From: Octopus sinensis
Taxonomy: Eukaryota
Direction: 5' to 3'
Length of the DNA stretch: 64,000 nt
Assembly (NCBI RefSeq): GCF_006345805.1
Contig: NC_043000.1
Location: forward strand, 100,812,001-100,876,000
In this document: piece by piece, positions 14,150 to 26,904 of the stretch
How positions within the stretch are numbered: the first letter of the stretch is position 1
How the letters are laid out: each line of letters opens with the position of its first letter
Made by a program: the position numbers and the translations under genes
Notes under the pieces: generated by a model
Databases searched by the model: none
What the model was told of the DNA's origin: nothing
What the model saw: the letters and a program-made list of their open reading frames with translations, nothing else

Positions 14150-14543
14150 TTCTACTCTAGGCACAAGGCCCAACATTTTTGGGGGAGGGAGCCAGTTGAT
14201 TAGATTGACCCCAGTACGCAACTGGTTCTTCATTTATTGACCCTGGAAGGATGAAAGGCAAAGTCGACCTCGGCATAATTTGAACTCAGAACGTAAAGAC
14301 AGACGAAATACCTATTTCTTTACTACCCACAAGTGGCTAAACACAGAGAGGACAAACAAGGACAGACAAAGGGATTAAGTCAATTATATCAACCCCAGTG
14401 CGTAACTGGTACTTATTTAATCAACTCCAAAAGGATGTAAGGCAAAGTCGACTTCGGCGTAATTTGAACTCAGAACGTAAAGACAAACGAAATACTGCTA
14501 AGCATTTTGCCCGGTGTGCTAACGTTTCTGCCAGCTTGCCGCC
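14150..14543 (-). mobile_element. SINE family 2 composite (one head, two bodies)
   Basis: Two body copies joined at AAGAAATA|GGTATTTCGTC (minus strand, near 14310). Confidence 0.85.
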
Positions 14544-14760
14544 TTTAACGTCTGTTGTCTATGCTCACATGGGTTGGATGGCTTGACCAGAGATGGCAGG
14601 CTGAAGAGCTGCACCACACACCAGTCTGATTTGGCATGGCTTCAACAGCTGGATGCCCTCCCTAATGCCAACTGCTTTACAGAGTGTGCTGGGTGTTTTA
14701 TGTGGAACTGGTACAAGTGCCTTTTTCATGGCACTGGCACAAGACTCTTGCAGGCCAAAC
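14543..14760 (-). mobile_element. RTE-type retroposon 3' segment
   Basis: Conserved block GCATTAGGGAGGGCATCCAGCTGT ... CCAACCCATG ... GACGTTAAA, shared with 42495, 58575 and others. Confidence 0.7.
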
Positions 14761-15585
14761 CTCTTCACAGGGTGGGAGAGACCTTAACACTTCTGCTGTG
14801 GCATCTTGAGTACAAAAAAGTACCAAGTATCTCTGTCCTTTGTCACCTCATTTGAAAGGTTCAGTGTTCTGAGATTGCCCTTCAGGACTTCGTCCTATGT
14901 CTTCCTGGGTTTCCCCTTTCCACATGTCCCATCTACTTTGAGAGATGAGCTATTTGAAAAAAGTATGTATACACTAGGATAGTTTAGTCATAAATATGAT
15001 TGTACTCCCTTGAGTCCAATTAAGATAGTTCTGCAAATTCTTGCTGAACATCTTAAAACAGACGATTTATTTATAATGATCAAATGTTTGTGCTGTACGT
15101 GAGTTCACTATCTCCATCAAATCAACATTGCCTATACAAGGCACAGGTGCATGGTATGCCACATATCAGATGTCAAAGTGATTGCAGAGTAATGTGAGTT
15201 GAAGTGTTTGTTTCAGAGCGCAATGTATTACCCTATTTAGAATTGAACCCACAATCTCATGATTCTGAGTACAACACCCTAACCACCCTCACAAAAGATT
15301 ATGCTTTTAAGGATCATTTCTTAAGTATGTGTTGCAATGGTATTTGATTCTACTGAGTGGATCAACATCATGATAATCTGGGATTATATTGAATCCTGCA
15401 TGTAAAACAGGATTTTCTCCAACATGTTCCTTTTTTCTGATAAATGTGAGGAAAAAATCCTTTAAGGTTTCATTCTTGAGGAGTTTAACTTATTATAGGG
15501 AGACTTAATGCATTCTCATCTTCAGAAATATACCATATCTGAATAACCTATAACGATATCCATTAGGCAACTGATGATGGAAGTA

Positions 15586-15777
15586 TGAGGGGATGCTAAA
15601 AAGTTCCTGGCCTTAGGGGTATTGCAAAAGAAGGCTCACCATTCTGATTTCTTTTACAGGGCTTATAAAAACTGAAGGGCTGCTACAGTAGGTGTATGAA
15701 TCTGGGAGGGGAATATGTTGAATAAAATCATAATTAACTGATCCTCCTGTATTTTCTTTTACCCAAAGACAAGAACT

Positions 15778-15782
<5 letters not shown>
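15586..15782 (+). mobile_element. Mariner-derived MITE (~200 bp)
   Basis: TA then TGAGGGGATGCTAAAAGTTCCTGG ... CAAGAACTTTTCA. The interior encodes a remnant of the mariner C-terminus (KCMNLGGEYVE*). Confidence 0.7.
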
Positions 15783-15814
<32 letters not shown>

Positions 15815-15818
<4 letters not shown>

Positions 15819-16024
15819 GGTGATGAAAATGAAAATTGCTGGCCTTAGGGGTATTGCAAAAGGCCTAGTTGGAGGCTCACCATTCTGAGTTCTTTTACAG
15901 AGCTTAGAAAAGTTAAAGGACTGCTGCAATAAGTGTATGAATACGAGAGGGGAATATGTTGAACAAAATCATTATCAAATGATCCTCTTTTACCCAATAC
16001 CAGGAACTTTTCAGCAGCCACTCA
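15815..16024 (+). mobile_element. Second mariner-derived MITE, adjacent copy across (TA)n
   Basis: Same interior (CNKCMNTRGEYVE). Right TIR CCAGGAACTTTTCAGCAGCCACTCA. Confidence 0.7.
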
Positions 16025-16522
16025 TGTTTGATGAACATGTTGTCAGTGAATCTTATATATTTTGTGTTCTCATTGTTCTAAGTCATCCCTCATTCATGTA
16101 GGGTCGTTGTTGATGGGTTCCTAGTCATTTGGTTTATGGTGGTTTTTGTCATTTACCTTATTTACACCTTAACTTGATACTGCATGAGGGTCCAAGATAG
16201 GGGTTCTAAATCTGGTTAGGGTAATACTTATTTAAGGGTTTCTAGTTTATGGAGGGTTTTGTTGCATATACTATCCTTTTATACTTTTGCTAGGTTCAGG
16301 ATCTGGAATGTGGTTGTGCTGGAACACCACATTGAATAATAGAACAAAAAGAGTGTGTGGCTGCAGTCTGTTCGAGATAAGCTGGCTCAGCAGCTAAACA
16401 ACAACATTAAAAACAACAGGATTTCTTATATTACATGCTTTTATCTTTCCTTCCTTCTTTCTTTCCTTCTTTCCTTTCTTCCTTCTTTCTTTCTCTCTTT
16501 CTTTCTTTTTAGTTTGTTAATA

Positions 16523-16930
16523 GGTGCAGGAATGATTATGTGGTAAGAAGTTTGCTTCCAAACTACATGGTTCAAGGTTCAATCCTGCTGCATGACACCA
16601 TGGGCAAGTGTCTCATAACCAAAGCCTTGTAAATGGAGTGTGTATCCATGTGTGTAAGTGTGTATGTGTATATGTGTATGTGTGTCAATGTGCACATGTG
16701 TCTTTTGATCTGTATTTGTCACACTACCCACCCAGTTTGACAACCACTGATGGTTTGTTTACGTCCCTGTAATGTAGAAGTTCAGCTGAAGAAACCAACA
16801 AAATAACTACCAGATTTGAGATAAAAAAAACAAAAAAAAATATAAGTACTGGGATCAATTTGTTCAGATGAAACCCTTTAAGATGGTATCCCAGCATGGC
16901 TGCTGTCCAATGACTGAAACAAGTAAAAGA
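16523..16930 (+). mobile_element. SINE family 1, older full-length copy
   Basis: Head GGTGCAGGAATGATTATGTGGTAAG, CORE-like CCATGGGCAAGTGTC, family tail. Confidence 0.8.
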
Positions 16931-17520
16931 TAAAAGAACAATAAAAAAGAAAAAAAATATTAAAAAAAACAAAAACAAGTAGCATTATGCTCGCTGAATG
17001 ACCTAGATGGCCATTCAACTGCATTTTATCTCTCAGTCCTGTTTCATGGGAAGGATTTTGAATTATTTATCACTCTAATAACAAAATGCTGTGAAGTACC
17101 ACCTTATTAAACTGACTACATTTTTATGCCATTCTGATAAAAGAAAATCGGTTAATTTAGGGACAAGAAAGGAGTGTAATTTACGGGCATATGTTTCTTT
17201 CATAATATTATTGCCAAAGAGATACGGTTATATTAATTAATCTTTTGCTCAATATTCCAGCTTGAAGCATAATTGTTGGATCAGAAGAAAATGTAATGGT
17301 AGATTTTCTATAAAGTCTGACTTTTGGGTCACCATACCTATATCTGTATCCATGTGTGCGTGTGAGTGTGTGTGTGTGTGTGGGAGGGCTGTATATGTAT
17401 ATATATATTTACATATTTATGTGTATATATATATGGATCATCATCATTATTTAACGTCTGCCCTCCATGCTGGCATGGGTGGATATATATATATCAAATG
17501 TATATATATATATATAAATG

Positions 17521-17552
<32 letters not shown>

Positions 17553-18425
17553 CTATATATATATATATCGTATGTATGTATATTATATATTATATATATA
17601 ATATATATATCATATATATATATATGCATATATAATATGTATATATATATGTATATCTACATATATATATATGCATATATATGTATGTATGTTTTCCATC
17701 ATCATCATCATCATATATATATACATACATACATACATATATGCAAACATATATATGTGTGTGTGCATGAGTGTATATATATTTATGTATATATATATGT
17801 GTGTTTATGTGTATATATATATATGTATATATGTATACATTTGTAACACAGATTGATATGGGAAAAAATAAACCCAATAAAGGATATGAAAAAAAATGAA
17901 ACAATAATTATATTTTCTGTAATACCAAAGAAAAAGAAAAAAAATCATGGCTTCTTTGAACGCCCACACCCAGCTGAAACTATGAATAAGAGAGAGACAG
18001 AGACAGAGGTGGGGAGAAAGAGTGAGAAAAAAATACAAATGAAGATTCAGGGAGGAAAAGAGAGAGATATTGACAGAAAGGAGTTAAATACAGAGGGGCT
18101 CTGAAAAAGGGCAGAGAAACTAGGATTTCGAATATTACTTCTTGTTGGTGGCAGCTTATTCACCGAAATTTGTATGATTTGTTTTGTTTTTTTTTATTTT
18201 ATTCTCATTATTGGTTGTTATTGCTATTCATGGTAATATTGACATACTAAGCTTAATAGTGCTTCATTGAGTGTGCAACAATGTATAGATGAATATGTAC
18301 ATATATGTGTGTATATGCATGTGTGTATACATACATGTATACATACATGTATACATATATGTATATATACATACATATATATAAATGTATGTATATATGT
18401 ACATATATATATATATATATATATA

Positions 18426-18765
18426 GGCGCAGGAGTGGCTGTGTGGTAAGTAGCTTGCTTACCAACCACATGGTTCCGGGTTCAGTCCCACTGCATGGCA
18501 TCTTGGGCAAGTGTCTTCTGCTATAGCCTCGGGCCGACCAAAGCCTGTCGTATATATGTATATATATGTATGTGTGTGTATGTTTATGTGTCTGTGCTTG
18601 ACAACCGATACTGGTGTGTTTACGTCCCCGTCACTTAGCGGTTCAGCAAAGAGACCGATAGAATAAGTACTGGGCTTACAAAGAATAAGTCCCGGGGTCG
18701 AGTTGCTCGGTTAAAGGCGGTGCTCCAGCATGGCCGCAGTCAAATGACTGAAACAAGTAAAAGAG
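18426..18765 (+). mobile_element. SINE family 1, young copy (tRNA head, CORE-like block, LINE-type tail)
   Basis: GGCGCAGGAGTGGCTGTGTGG (box A-like), GGGTTCAGTCCC (box B-like), GGCATCTTGGGCAAGTGTC, internal (TA)(TG) tract, tail GGCGGTGCTCCAGCATGGCCGCAGTCAAATGACTGAAACAAGTAAAAGAG. CpGs are retained. Confidence 0.9.
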
Positions 18766-18963
18766 TATATATATATATATATATATATATACTTACATAT
18801 ATACATACATATATATAATATACATATAATATATATATATATGTGTGTATGTAAACGTGTATGTATATATATAAATGATACTATACATGTTTTGACTTCT
18901 GAAAATATTATTTACGTCATACAATGCAGTCCTTATTTTTTTTTACCTCTCTCTGTCTCTCTC

Positions 18964-19014
<51 letters not shown>

Positions 19015-19112
19015 GTATATATATTATATATGTATGTATGTATATATATATCTATATATATGTATGTATATGTATATATGTATATATATACAGACACACA
19101 CATATATATATA

Positions 19113-20228
19113 TTGGGTCATCCCATAAATAATGCAGGTTTTTTTTATACTTCTTTCATTTTTCAAAATTAAGAAAACCAAAGTTCTTTTTTAATCTAAA
19201 ATATACTCTCCATTTTCTACAATGCTCTTCCATCTATATGGTTGGCTTGCAAGGCCCCTCTTCCAAAATACACTTGTCCTTGATGAAAAATTCTTCACCA
19301 GTACTGCTTTGACCTTGTCTACAGAAGTCATAATTTTTCCGTCCAAATGATTTTCAAGTCTGGAGAGTTAATGATAATCAGATGGAGCAATGTCTGGTGA
19401 ATATGGTGGGTGGCATTATCCTGATGGAAGAAAACTTTGTTATCATTATAAGCGCTCATATCTCACCAAACAGATAACACCATCTTATGTGGGTGAAGAC
19501 CTTCTTTAACTTGGGGTGCTGGTGTTTCTCCTTTCCCTGCCCACTCTCTTTGGTGCTTGACATCTTTATAAAGAACCCATTTCTCATCACCAGTCACTAT
19601 TCAGTCCAAAAAATGTTCATTCATGAGATGTGACAGCAAAGAAGAGTACACATTCACACTCTGCTCATATGTAGACTTGGAAACTTTGTGAGGAACCCAT
19701 TGACCCAATTTGCTAACTTTTCCAATGGCACACAAATGTTGATGAATGATTAAATGACCAAATCCAAACTTCTCTGCTAGTTCCTCAACAGTTACAATGA
19801 GATTTTGTTCCACCAGGCTTTGCAGGATGTCCTCGTCAAGCTCTACAGATCTTCCATGACAAGGCTCATCTTCTAGGCTGTAGTTTCCAGCTTGGAATTT
19901 CCGGAACCACCATTGGCACTGGCTTACACTTATTGTCTGATTCCCAAACACTGCATTAATATTCCTTGCACTTTTCATCGCGTTGTTGCCTTCATTGAAC
20001 TCATAAAGCAAAATGTGCTAAATATTCTCCTTTGTCATTTCCATTATAGCTTTGTAAAAATAACTGTTAAAATTGAACTGCACTCTTCAAAATTTGCACT
20101 ATGAATGAGACCAAGGTAAAATTACAACCTGATTTTATAGCAAGTTGATGCAGGTAGTTTATCCTGTCCTGTTCCATCTTTTAGTTCATGCAATTGAAAA
20201 AAATTGCATTATTTATGGGATGACCCGA
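19113..20228 (-). mobile_element. Mariner DNA transposon with TIRs and TA target duplication; transposase pseudogene
   Basis: 23-bp TIRs TTGGGTCATCCCATAAATAATGC / GCATTATTTATGGGATGACCCGA (1 mismatch), with TA on both sides. Minus strand encodes the HTH region (ORF 19601-20011), WVPH, IVTGDEKW, HQDNA and HPPYSPDIAPSDY, with stops and two internal deletions. Confidence 0.95.
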
Positions 20229-20350
20229 TATATGTATGTACGTATGTATGTATGTATGTATGTATGTATGTATGTATGTATGTACTATGTATGTATGTAT
20301 GTATAGATAGATACATATGTGCGTGTTGTTAGTGCATATATCTATATCTA

Positions 20351-20486
<136 letters not shown>

Positions 20487-20524
20487 TAGATAGATAGATA
20501 GATAGATATAGATATAGATATATA

Positions 20525-20579
<55 letters not shown>

Positions 20580-21139
20580 CACATATGCAGGCTAAAACCA
20601 ATGTGATTGCAAATGCATAGTTTCTGAATATGTCAAGCTTAAAAGTCCCTAATAGAGCTGACTTGCGATATTATCAGTGTTCCAACCATGACACTCCCAT
20701 CAAATATTTTTTCAACCATCAAACACCCAGTTTTGTCTGATGCCTCCTACTTAATTTGACACAACAGTGTATTATGTGAGGGGGAAATTTTGCTACTATT
20801 TCTATATACTTTAGTTATATCTTCGAAGCCTCTTCATTGAGCAAATAACTTTATGGCTCATAATAATAGCCGTCAGACAAATATAGTAAGGTAGAGAAAG
20901 GAAGAGAGAAAAAAGAAAAATAGAAGAAAAGACAGTAACGAAGAGGGAGTGATTTTTCAGTTTTGTTGTGGGATGGATCAAAGTTGTGCATCATAAAAAA
21001 AAACAGTTCCGAAAGAGAAGAAAGCCACATAGAAACGAATAAACTTCACTCTGGAAAGGTGAAATGTATGTAAAATCCATTGCTTGTGTACATTTATTAA
21101 TGCATATTCATAATGTATGGAAATGTTTGCATTATTCTG

Positions 21140-21188
21140 TATAAAATATATATATATATATCTATATATATATATATATATACATACA

Positions 21189-21224
<36 letters not shown>

Positions 21225-21349
21225 TAAATATATATAACCCATGCTAGCATGGAAAAGGGACGTTAAATGATGATGATGATGATATATATACACACATACA
21301 TATATCTATGCATATATATATATACTTATACACACACATATATATGTAA

Positions 21350-21388
<39 letters not shown>

Positions 21389-22166
21389 CACACACATATA
21401 TATATACACACACTCACATGCACACACCTATATACATACATATATATATGCACATGCATACTAACACACACAAACCACACATAGACACATGCGCACATAT
21501 ATCTATGCATATACATGTATGTACAAATATATACATTTATATGTGCATGTATATAAAAATATATGCATTTATATATTTGTGGAAATATATATATATATGT
21601 GGACATATATATATATACACACAGGAGTGTGTGTATATATATATATGTGTGTGTGTGTGCATACATGTATATATACACGTATACTATACAAATATTTACA
21701 AACATAAATATATACATAAATACACATATGTATACATATATAAATGAACATGGACTATATAGAGAAAAATGTGTACGTGTACATGCGTGCATGCGCATGC
21801 TTAAGTTTATATCTACATGTACATATATATATGTGTGAGTGAGTTCATACATGTATGTATATATACATACACTATACAAATATTTGCATACATAAATATA
21901 TACATAACTACGCATGCGTACATATGTAAATGAACATGAAATATATAGAGAAAACTGCTTATGTGTACATGTATGTGTGCACATGCTAAAGTTTGTGTCC
22001 ATATTTGTCTGTACATATATATATATATATAATATAACCATACATATATACTCATATGCATATATATCTGCATGTATATGATTTTATGCATTTGCTTGTG
22101 TGTGAGTGCAAGTATGTGTATGCATGTGCTTGATAGTGCATGAGTGTGCAATTGTTTGCAAACCAG

Positions 22167-22210
<44 letters not shown>

Positions 22211-22257
22211 GAAAGTGAAGAATGGTAATGTATGTGTTCTATATACACGTGGGATAC

Positions 22258-22293
<36 letters not shown>

Positions 22294-22320
22294 CTGTGTG
22301 TCTCTGTGTGTATACATGCA
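21140..22320. repeat. Compound (TA)n/(CATA)n/(CA)n microsatellite field
   Basis: Read directly. Confidence 0.95.
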
Positions 22321-22530
22321 ATATTATTTATATTGGTTATGGAAGATATTTCTTTTTTTCCTGGCAGTAATTTGTTCAAAGAAACCATAGTACACAGAGT
22401 GACAAATAGGATTGCTAAGCAAACAGACATCGTCACAATTATTAAAATGTTTCATGTACATGCATCCATACTTCCATAAAGTATTTTTTTTTTTACAATC
22501 TTCACTGTATATATTCAGTTTGCTTTTATT

Positions 22531-22715
22531 CTTTTACTTCTTTCAGTCATTTGACTGCGGCCATGCTAGAGCACCACCTTGAATGGCTTTAGTCGAACAA
22601 ATCAACCCAGACAGAACTTATTCTTTGTAAGCCTAGTACTTATTCTATCATACTGGGACATAAACACACCAGCATTGGCTGTCAAGCAATGGCAGGTGGT
22701 GGGAAGAGTCAAACA
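22531..22715 (-). mobile_element. SINE family 1, 3' half
   Basis: Reverse complement of the family tail and body. Confidence 0.8.
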
Positions 22716-22828
22716 CAAACACATACATACTTACATATATATATATATATACACACACACAATTAATAAGTGGAATGACTACTAAAGAAATCCACATTAG
22801 TGGTCATTCCTTTTATTAATTTTATAAT

Positions 22829-24424
22829 CGATTACATCAACATTGGGGAGACAGATGTAACAGCAGCCATAGAAGAAATGAGCTCAAGCTCCACAACTGG
22901 TCCTGATGGCTTCCCAGCTATTCTCCTGAATTTATGTAAGCAGGCTTTAACAAAGCCACTTCAGATACTTTTCCAAAGTTTCCCTTAGGAAGTGGTAAAC
23001 TTCCTAAAAGTTAAAAGAAAGCATTATATGCCCTATTCACGAAGGTGGAAGCAGAGCAGAGGCCAAAATCTACACGCCAATCTCTTTGACTTCACATATC
23101 AGTGAAGTCATGGAGCATATCATCAGAAAGAAGTTGATACTGTTCCCAGAAGAAAATGACCTACTGGACAATACACAGCATGGCTTTTGTCCAGGAAGAA
23201 GCTGCCTCACACAACTCCTACAGTACTATGACTTGGTTTTGAAACAGCTGCTTGACCATTCAGATGTCAGTGTGATACACCTTGACTTTGTAAAGGTTTA
23301 TTATCAGGTAGATCACAGCATGATATGTCATAGGCTATGAGACCTTGGCGTTGCTGGTAAACTGGGAGAGTGGCTGCATGACTTCCTTAAAGACAGAAGT
23401 CAGACAGTTGCAACCAGTGGTACCCTTTCTGGGGAAATTCAAATCCCGAGTGGTGTAGTGTTCTGGAGTCCTTACTGTTCATAATAGCCCTCTTAGACAT
23501 TCCCACAGTCATTTGAACAGCCACTGTCACTAGCTATGCTGATGATACAAAATTATCACAAGCAATAGAAAATCAAGATGATATCGCAAGTTTACAGTGG
23601 GACCTGAATTCAATATACAAGTGGTCTAAAATAAGCAACATACAGTTCAAGCACTGCACTGTCAACTCACAAATACACTACAGCCTGCATATACAGGACC
23701 CAAAGCCACTACAATCTTGGAGATCAGTAAGTGCAATGACACTCCATTTTATATGTACATTACCAAGATGGCAGCAAAATGCAGACAACTGGCAGGATGG
23801 ATACTGAGATCCTTCAAGACAAGAGACCAAGAAACTATGTTGACCCTGTGGAGAACCTTTGTTCTCAGTGACCTGGACTACTGCTCCCAATTATGGTCAC
23901 CACACAGTGCCAAACTAATAGCAGAGCTTGAAGCATTCCAATGCCACTGCACTAAAAAGATTGAAACAGTGCAGCAGGAATAGGCTGAGAAAGCTGCAGC
24001 TTTACTCCCTCGAGCGAAGGTGCGACAGATATGAAATAATCTACATATGGAAAACTCTAGAAGGTCTAGTACCTAATTTCAGCATTGGGTGTTATACAAA
24101 TGCCAGAACTGGCCGCCTTTGAATTGTACCAAAAATACCATCCACTCCAACTAAATTCAGAACCAGATACTGCAATAGTCTAGGGTTCAAAGGCCCACAG
24201 TTCTTCAATGCCTTGCCACAAAAATTAAGAATCTGTATAAGATGGAAGCAGATGTCTTCAAAAAGGAACTAGACATTCTCCTCTCCACAACACCAAATGG
24301 GCCAACAGACGGGACAAAGGCACATACAGGTGTGGTGATGTGAAACACTCAAGACTGAAGAAATCAGAAAGACCACGGTGGTGCTCCAGTATGACCACAG
24401 CTGCATGGCTGAAATGAGTAAAAG
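22829..24424 (+). mobile_element. CR1/L2-group LINE, 5'-truncated; reverse transcriptase pseudogene plus 3' tail
   Basis: GPDGFP, YTPISLTS, QHGFCPGRSC, LDFVK..QVDH, YADD (23535-23546), LDYCSQLWSP, LQLYSLERRCDRY, with several frameshifts and stops. Confidence 0.92.
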
Positions 24425-24469
24425 CATATATATATATGTATATCCCCCTTCTCATCATCATCATTATCA

Positions 24470-24625
24470 TTTGATATCTGTTGTCCACCAAATCCACTCA
24501 CAAGGCTTTGGTGGGCCCAAGGCTATAGTAGAAGACACTTGCCCAAGGTGCCACACGGTAGGACTGAACCCTGAATCATGTAGTTGGGAAGCAAGCTTCT
24601 TACCACACAGCTATGCTTGTACCTA
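24470..24625 (-). mobile_element. SINE family 1, 5' half
   Basis: Reverse complement of head, CORE-like block and AAAGCCTTGTGAGTGGATTTGG. Confidence 0.8.
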
Positions 24626-24666
24626 TGTTCATATAACTAGCACTTGAACTGATTTTGATTCTATTC

Positions 24667-24852
24667 CATTGCTCCGCAATCATTTTTCACTTGCCGTATA
24701 TTTATATTCTTTTCAAAATTCAGCAGCACATCTGAACTAAAATTATAACTAAAAATATAAGGAAACAAATTATATTCAAGTTACACTGTGGCACACCAAG
24801 CATCATCTCAAGGCACAATAGTGCGCTGTGGCTTACCGGTCGCAGAGCACTC
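24667..24852. mobile_element. hAT-type MITE (186 bp)
   Basis: Degenerate TIRs CATTGCTCCGCAA / GAGTGCTCTGCGA, with an 8-bp TSD TTCTATTC (24659-66) vs TTCTATAC (24853-60). The GTGGCACAC..GGCACA subterminal motif recurs at about 58490-58545. Confidence 0.6.
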
Positions 24853-25218
24853 TTCTATACTGAAATTTATCTCATTTGTATCTCTACCGTTATCTTTGGG
24901 AAACAGGCAAATGCAAGCAACGAATATTTTTGATTAGCTTTTATCTGCATTTTTCAAAAATTTGATGTTGTTTTATAGCGGTTTTCAAAACAGAAAATAT
25001 TCATGATCTTTTAATCTTTTTTTATTTTTGTATTTATTTATGTGTGGCTTAGTCAGAGAATGAAGGGCAATGTCTGCGGTCTTTCACAGGCTCTCATTGT
25101 CTGATGAGTGAGAAAAGCAAGGGAGAGGCAATAGGTTAGTTATTGCTGGTTTACTGTCCTAGGTCACTATTCTTTGATGATAGCAATAAACAAAGGCTTC
25201 CCAACTGGAATCAGATTG

Positions 25219-25249
<31 letters not shown>

Positions 25250-26189
25250 TTCAATGTTCATTTTTACATGTCTACAAAAGTCAGACGGAATTTGTTGAGG
25301 TATATTTTTCTTTGGACAAATGCCTTTCCCACCCATAATCCTCATTTGTTTTCAAACATAGTATTATTTTCTCATGGCTGTGTCTGCTTCCACAGAAGAC
25401 TGAATACAAGAAACACAATTCATGTGATAACCACACTCATTTTACAACTGTGACAATGCAACACAAACATCCCACCCCTATACACACCTCACATATATTC
25501 ATATTAATGTATTTGTATATATGTGTGCATGCATGTATGTTGCTTCTGTGTGTGTGAGTGAGTGTGTGGATAACAGATGTCAAATGATGATGATGATATA
25601 TTTATTTTATATAAAATATCCTAAGCGTTTTTGGGCCCCTGACAGCATATACCACTTTTCCATACTTTTATTTATTTATTTTATTTATTTATTTTATAAA
25701 CCCATATAACGGTTTTAATAACTGGCCCTTTGTTTTTAAGTTTAACTGACCAATTATATAGAATTCTGGACTTTGGTCAATCCCATCACAGGCAAATAGG
25801 TGGTTGGCCTTTACAACATATTAGTAAGCAAATAATTAAAATTAATTGTTGGGTACTTTATTATGATAAACTATTAATTAGTCCTATAAACATAATTATT
25901 AAAAACTATTATGTTTACTTCAAAACTTTACGGTACCTTTACTCCCTCTGACTAAACCTATTAGCGTATCCCGTTATTGTAAATTTTTTTAGTTTTACTT
26001 TTTTTATCACTTATCCACCCTATTAGCCCCATAGAAAAATTAACGCACCAATTCCTTATTTAAGTTTAGTCATTTACTCAACATCCCAAAGTGACACATA
26101 AGCAAAATATTATGATTTAAACATATTAAGCCTTTCCTTTTCCTCTCAAGGCTCTTCTTTTCTTTTCTTTTTATGTATGTATTTTTCTT

Positions 26190-26306
26190 CACTCTGATGA
26201 AGCTCCATGTTTCAGATCATATTTATTACCAAATATGATGAATATTATTTTTAGAATATCAATGGCAATACCATACTATATTGGAAGCAGAAACAGCTGT
26301 TAGTTG
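26190..26306 (+). ncRNA. Hammerhead ribozyme motif with long stem II loop
   Basis: ACT-CTGATGA(26194-200)-A-GCTCCA..TGGAAGC-A-GAAA(26290-93)-C-AGCT-GTT-AGT. Palindromic ACAGCTGT; preceded by a pyrimidine tract. Confidence 0.6.
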
Positions 26307-26602
26307 GGATGCAGTCTATTTGTATTGAATTAAAAAATAATAATTGATGTAAGTCAATTGTTGTTGATCAATATTTCTCCATTTTCTGTTTATTTTAAAT
26401 TTAATTCCTCATTAACTCATATTTATCTTTGTCATTACCTGTAATCTATGAGCATAATATGCTTGCATGTGTATGTCTAAGGTGAACATAGGTAATTATA
26501 CCAGTAATATAATGGATACTTTTATCCCTTAGACAGTTAATCCAACCTCTAACTCTACTAACCTTATATATGTATATTTATATATATGTATATATGTATA
26601 TG

Positions 26603-26900
26603 TGGAGGCGCAATGGCCCAGTGGTTAGGGCAGTGGACTCACGGTCAGAGGATCACAGTTTTGATTCCCAGACCAGGCGTTGTGTGTGTTTATTGAGCAA
26701 AACACCTAAAGCTCCACAAGGCTCCGGCAGGGGGTGGTGGTGACCTCTGTTGTACTCTTTCACCACAACTTTCTCTCACTCTCTCTTCCTGTTTCTTGAG
26801 TAAGGCTGCGATGGACTGGCATCCCGTCCAGCTGGGGGGAACACATACGCCACAGAAACTGGGAAACCGGGCCCTGGCTAGGCTTGAAAAGGGTGATGTT
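26603..26900 (+). mobile_element. tRNA-derived SINE family 3, tail variant a
   Basis: GGAGGCGCAATGGCCCAGTGGTTAGGGC head, box B-like TTTTGATTCCC. The first ~180 nt are shared with 33393. Confidence 0.85.
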
Positions 26901-26904
26901 TTTA

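Noticed and set aside
18426-18500. tRNA genes at SINE heads
   Set aside because: Box A/B-like motifs are present but there is no complete cloverleaf, and they continue into SINE bodies.
25615-26130. Possible mitochondrial insertion (AT-rich, atypical texture)
   Set aside because: I recognised no mitochondrial gene or rRNA motif. It lies directly upstream of the 26190 hammerhead, so it is more likely PLE-related.
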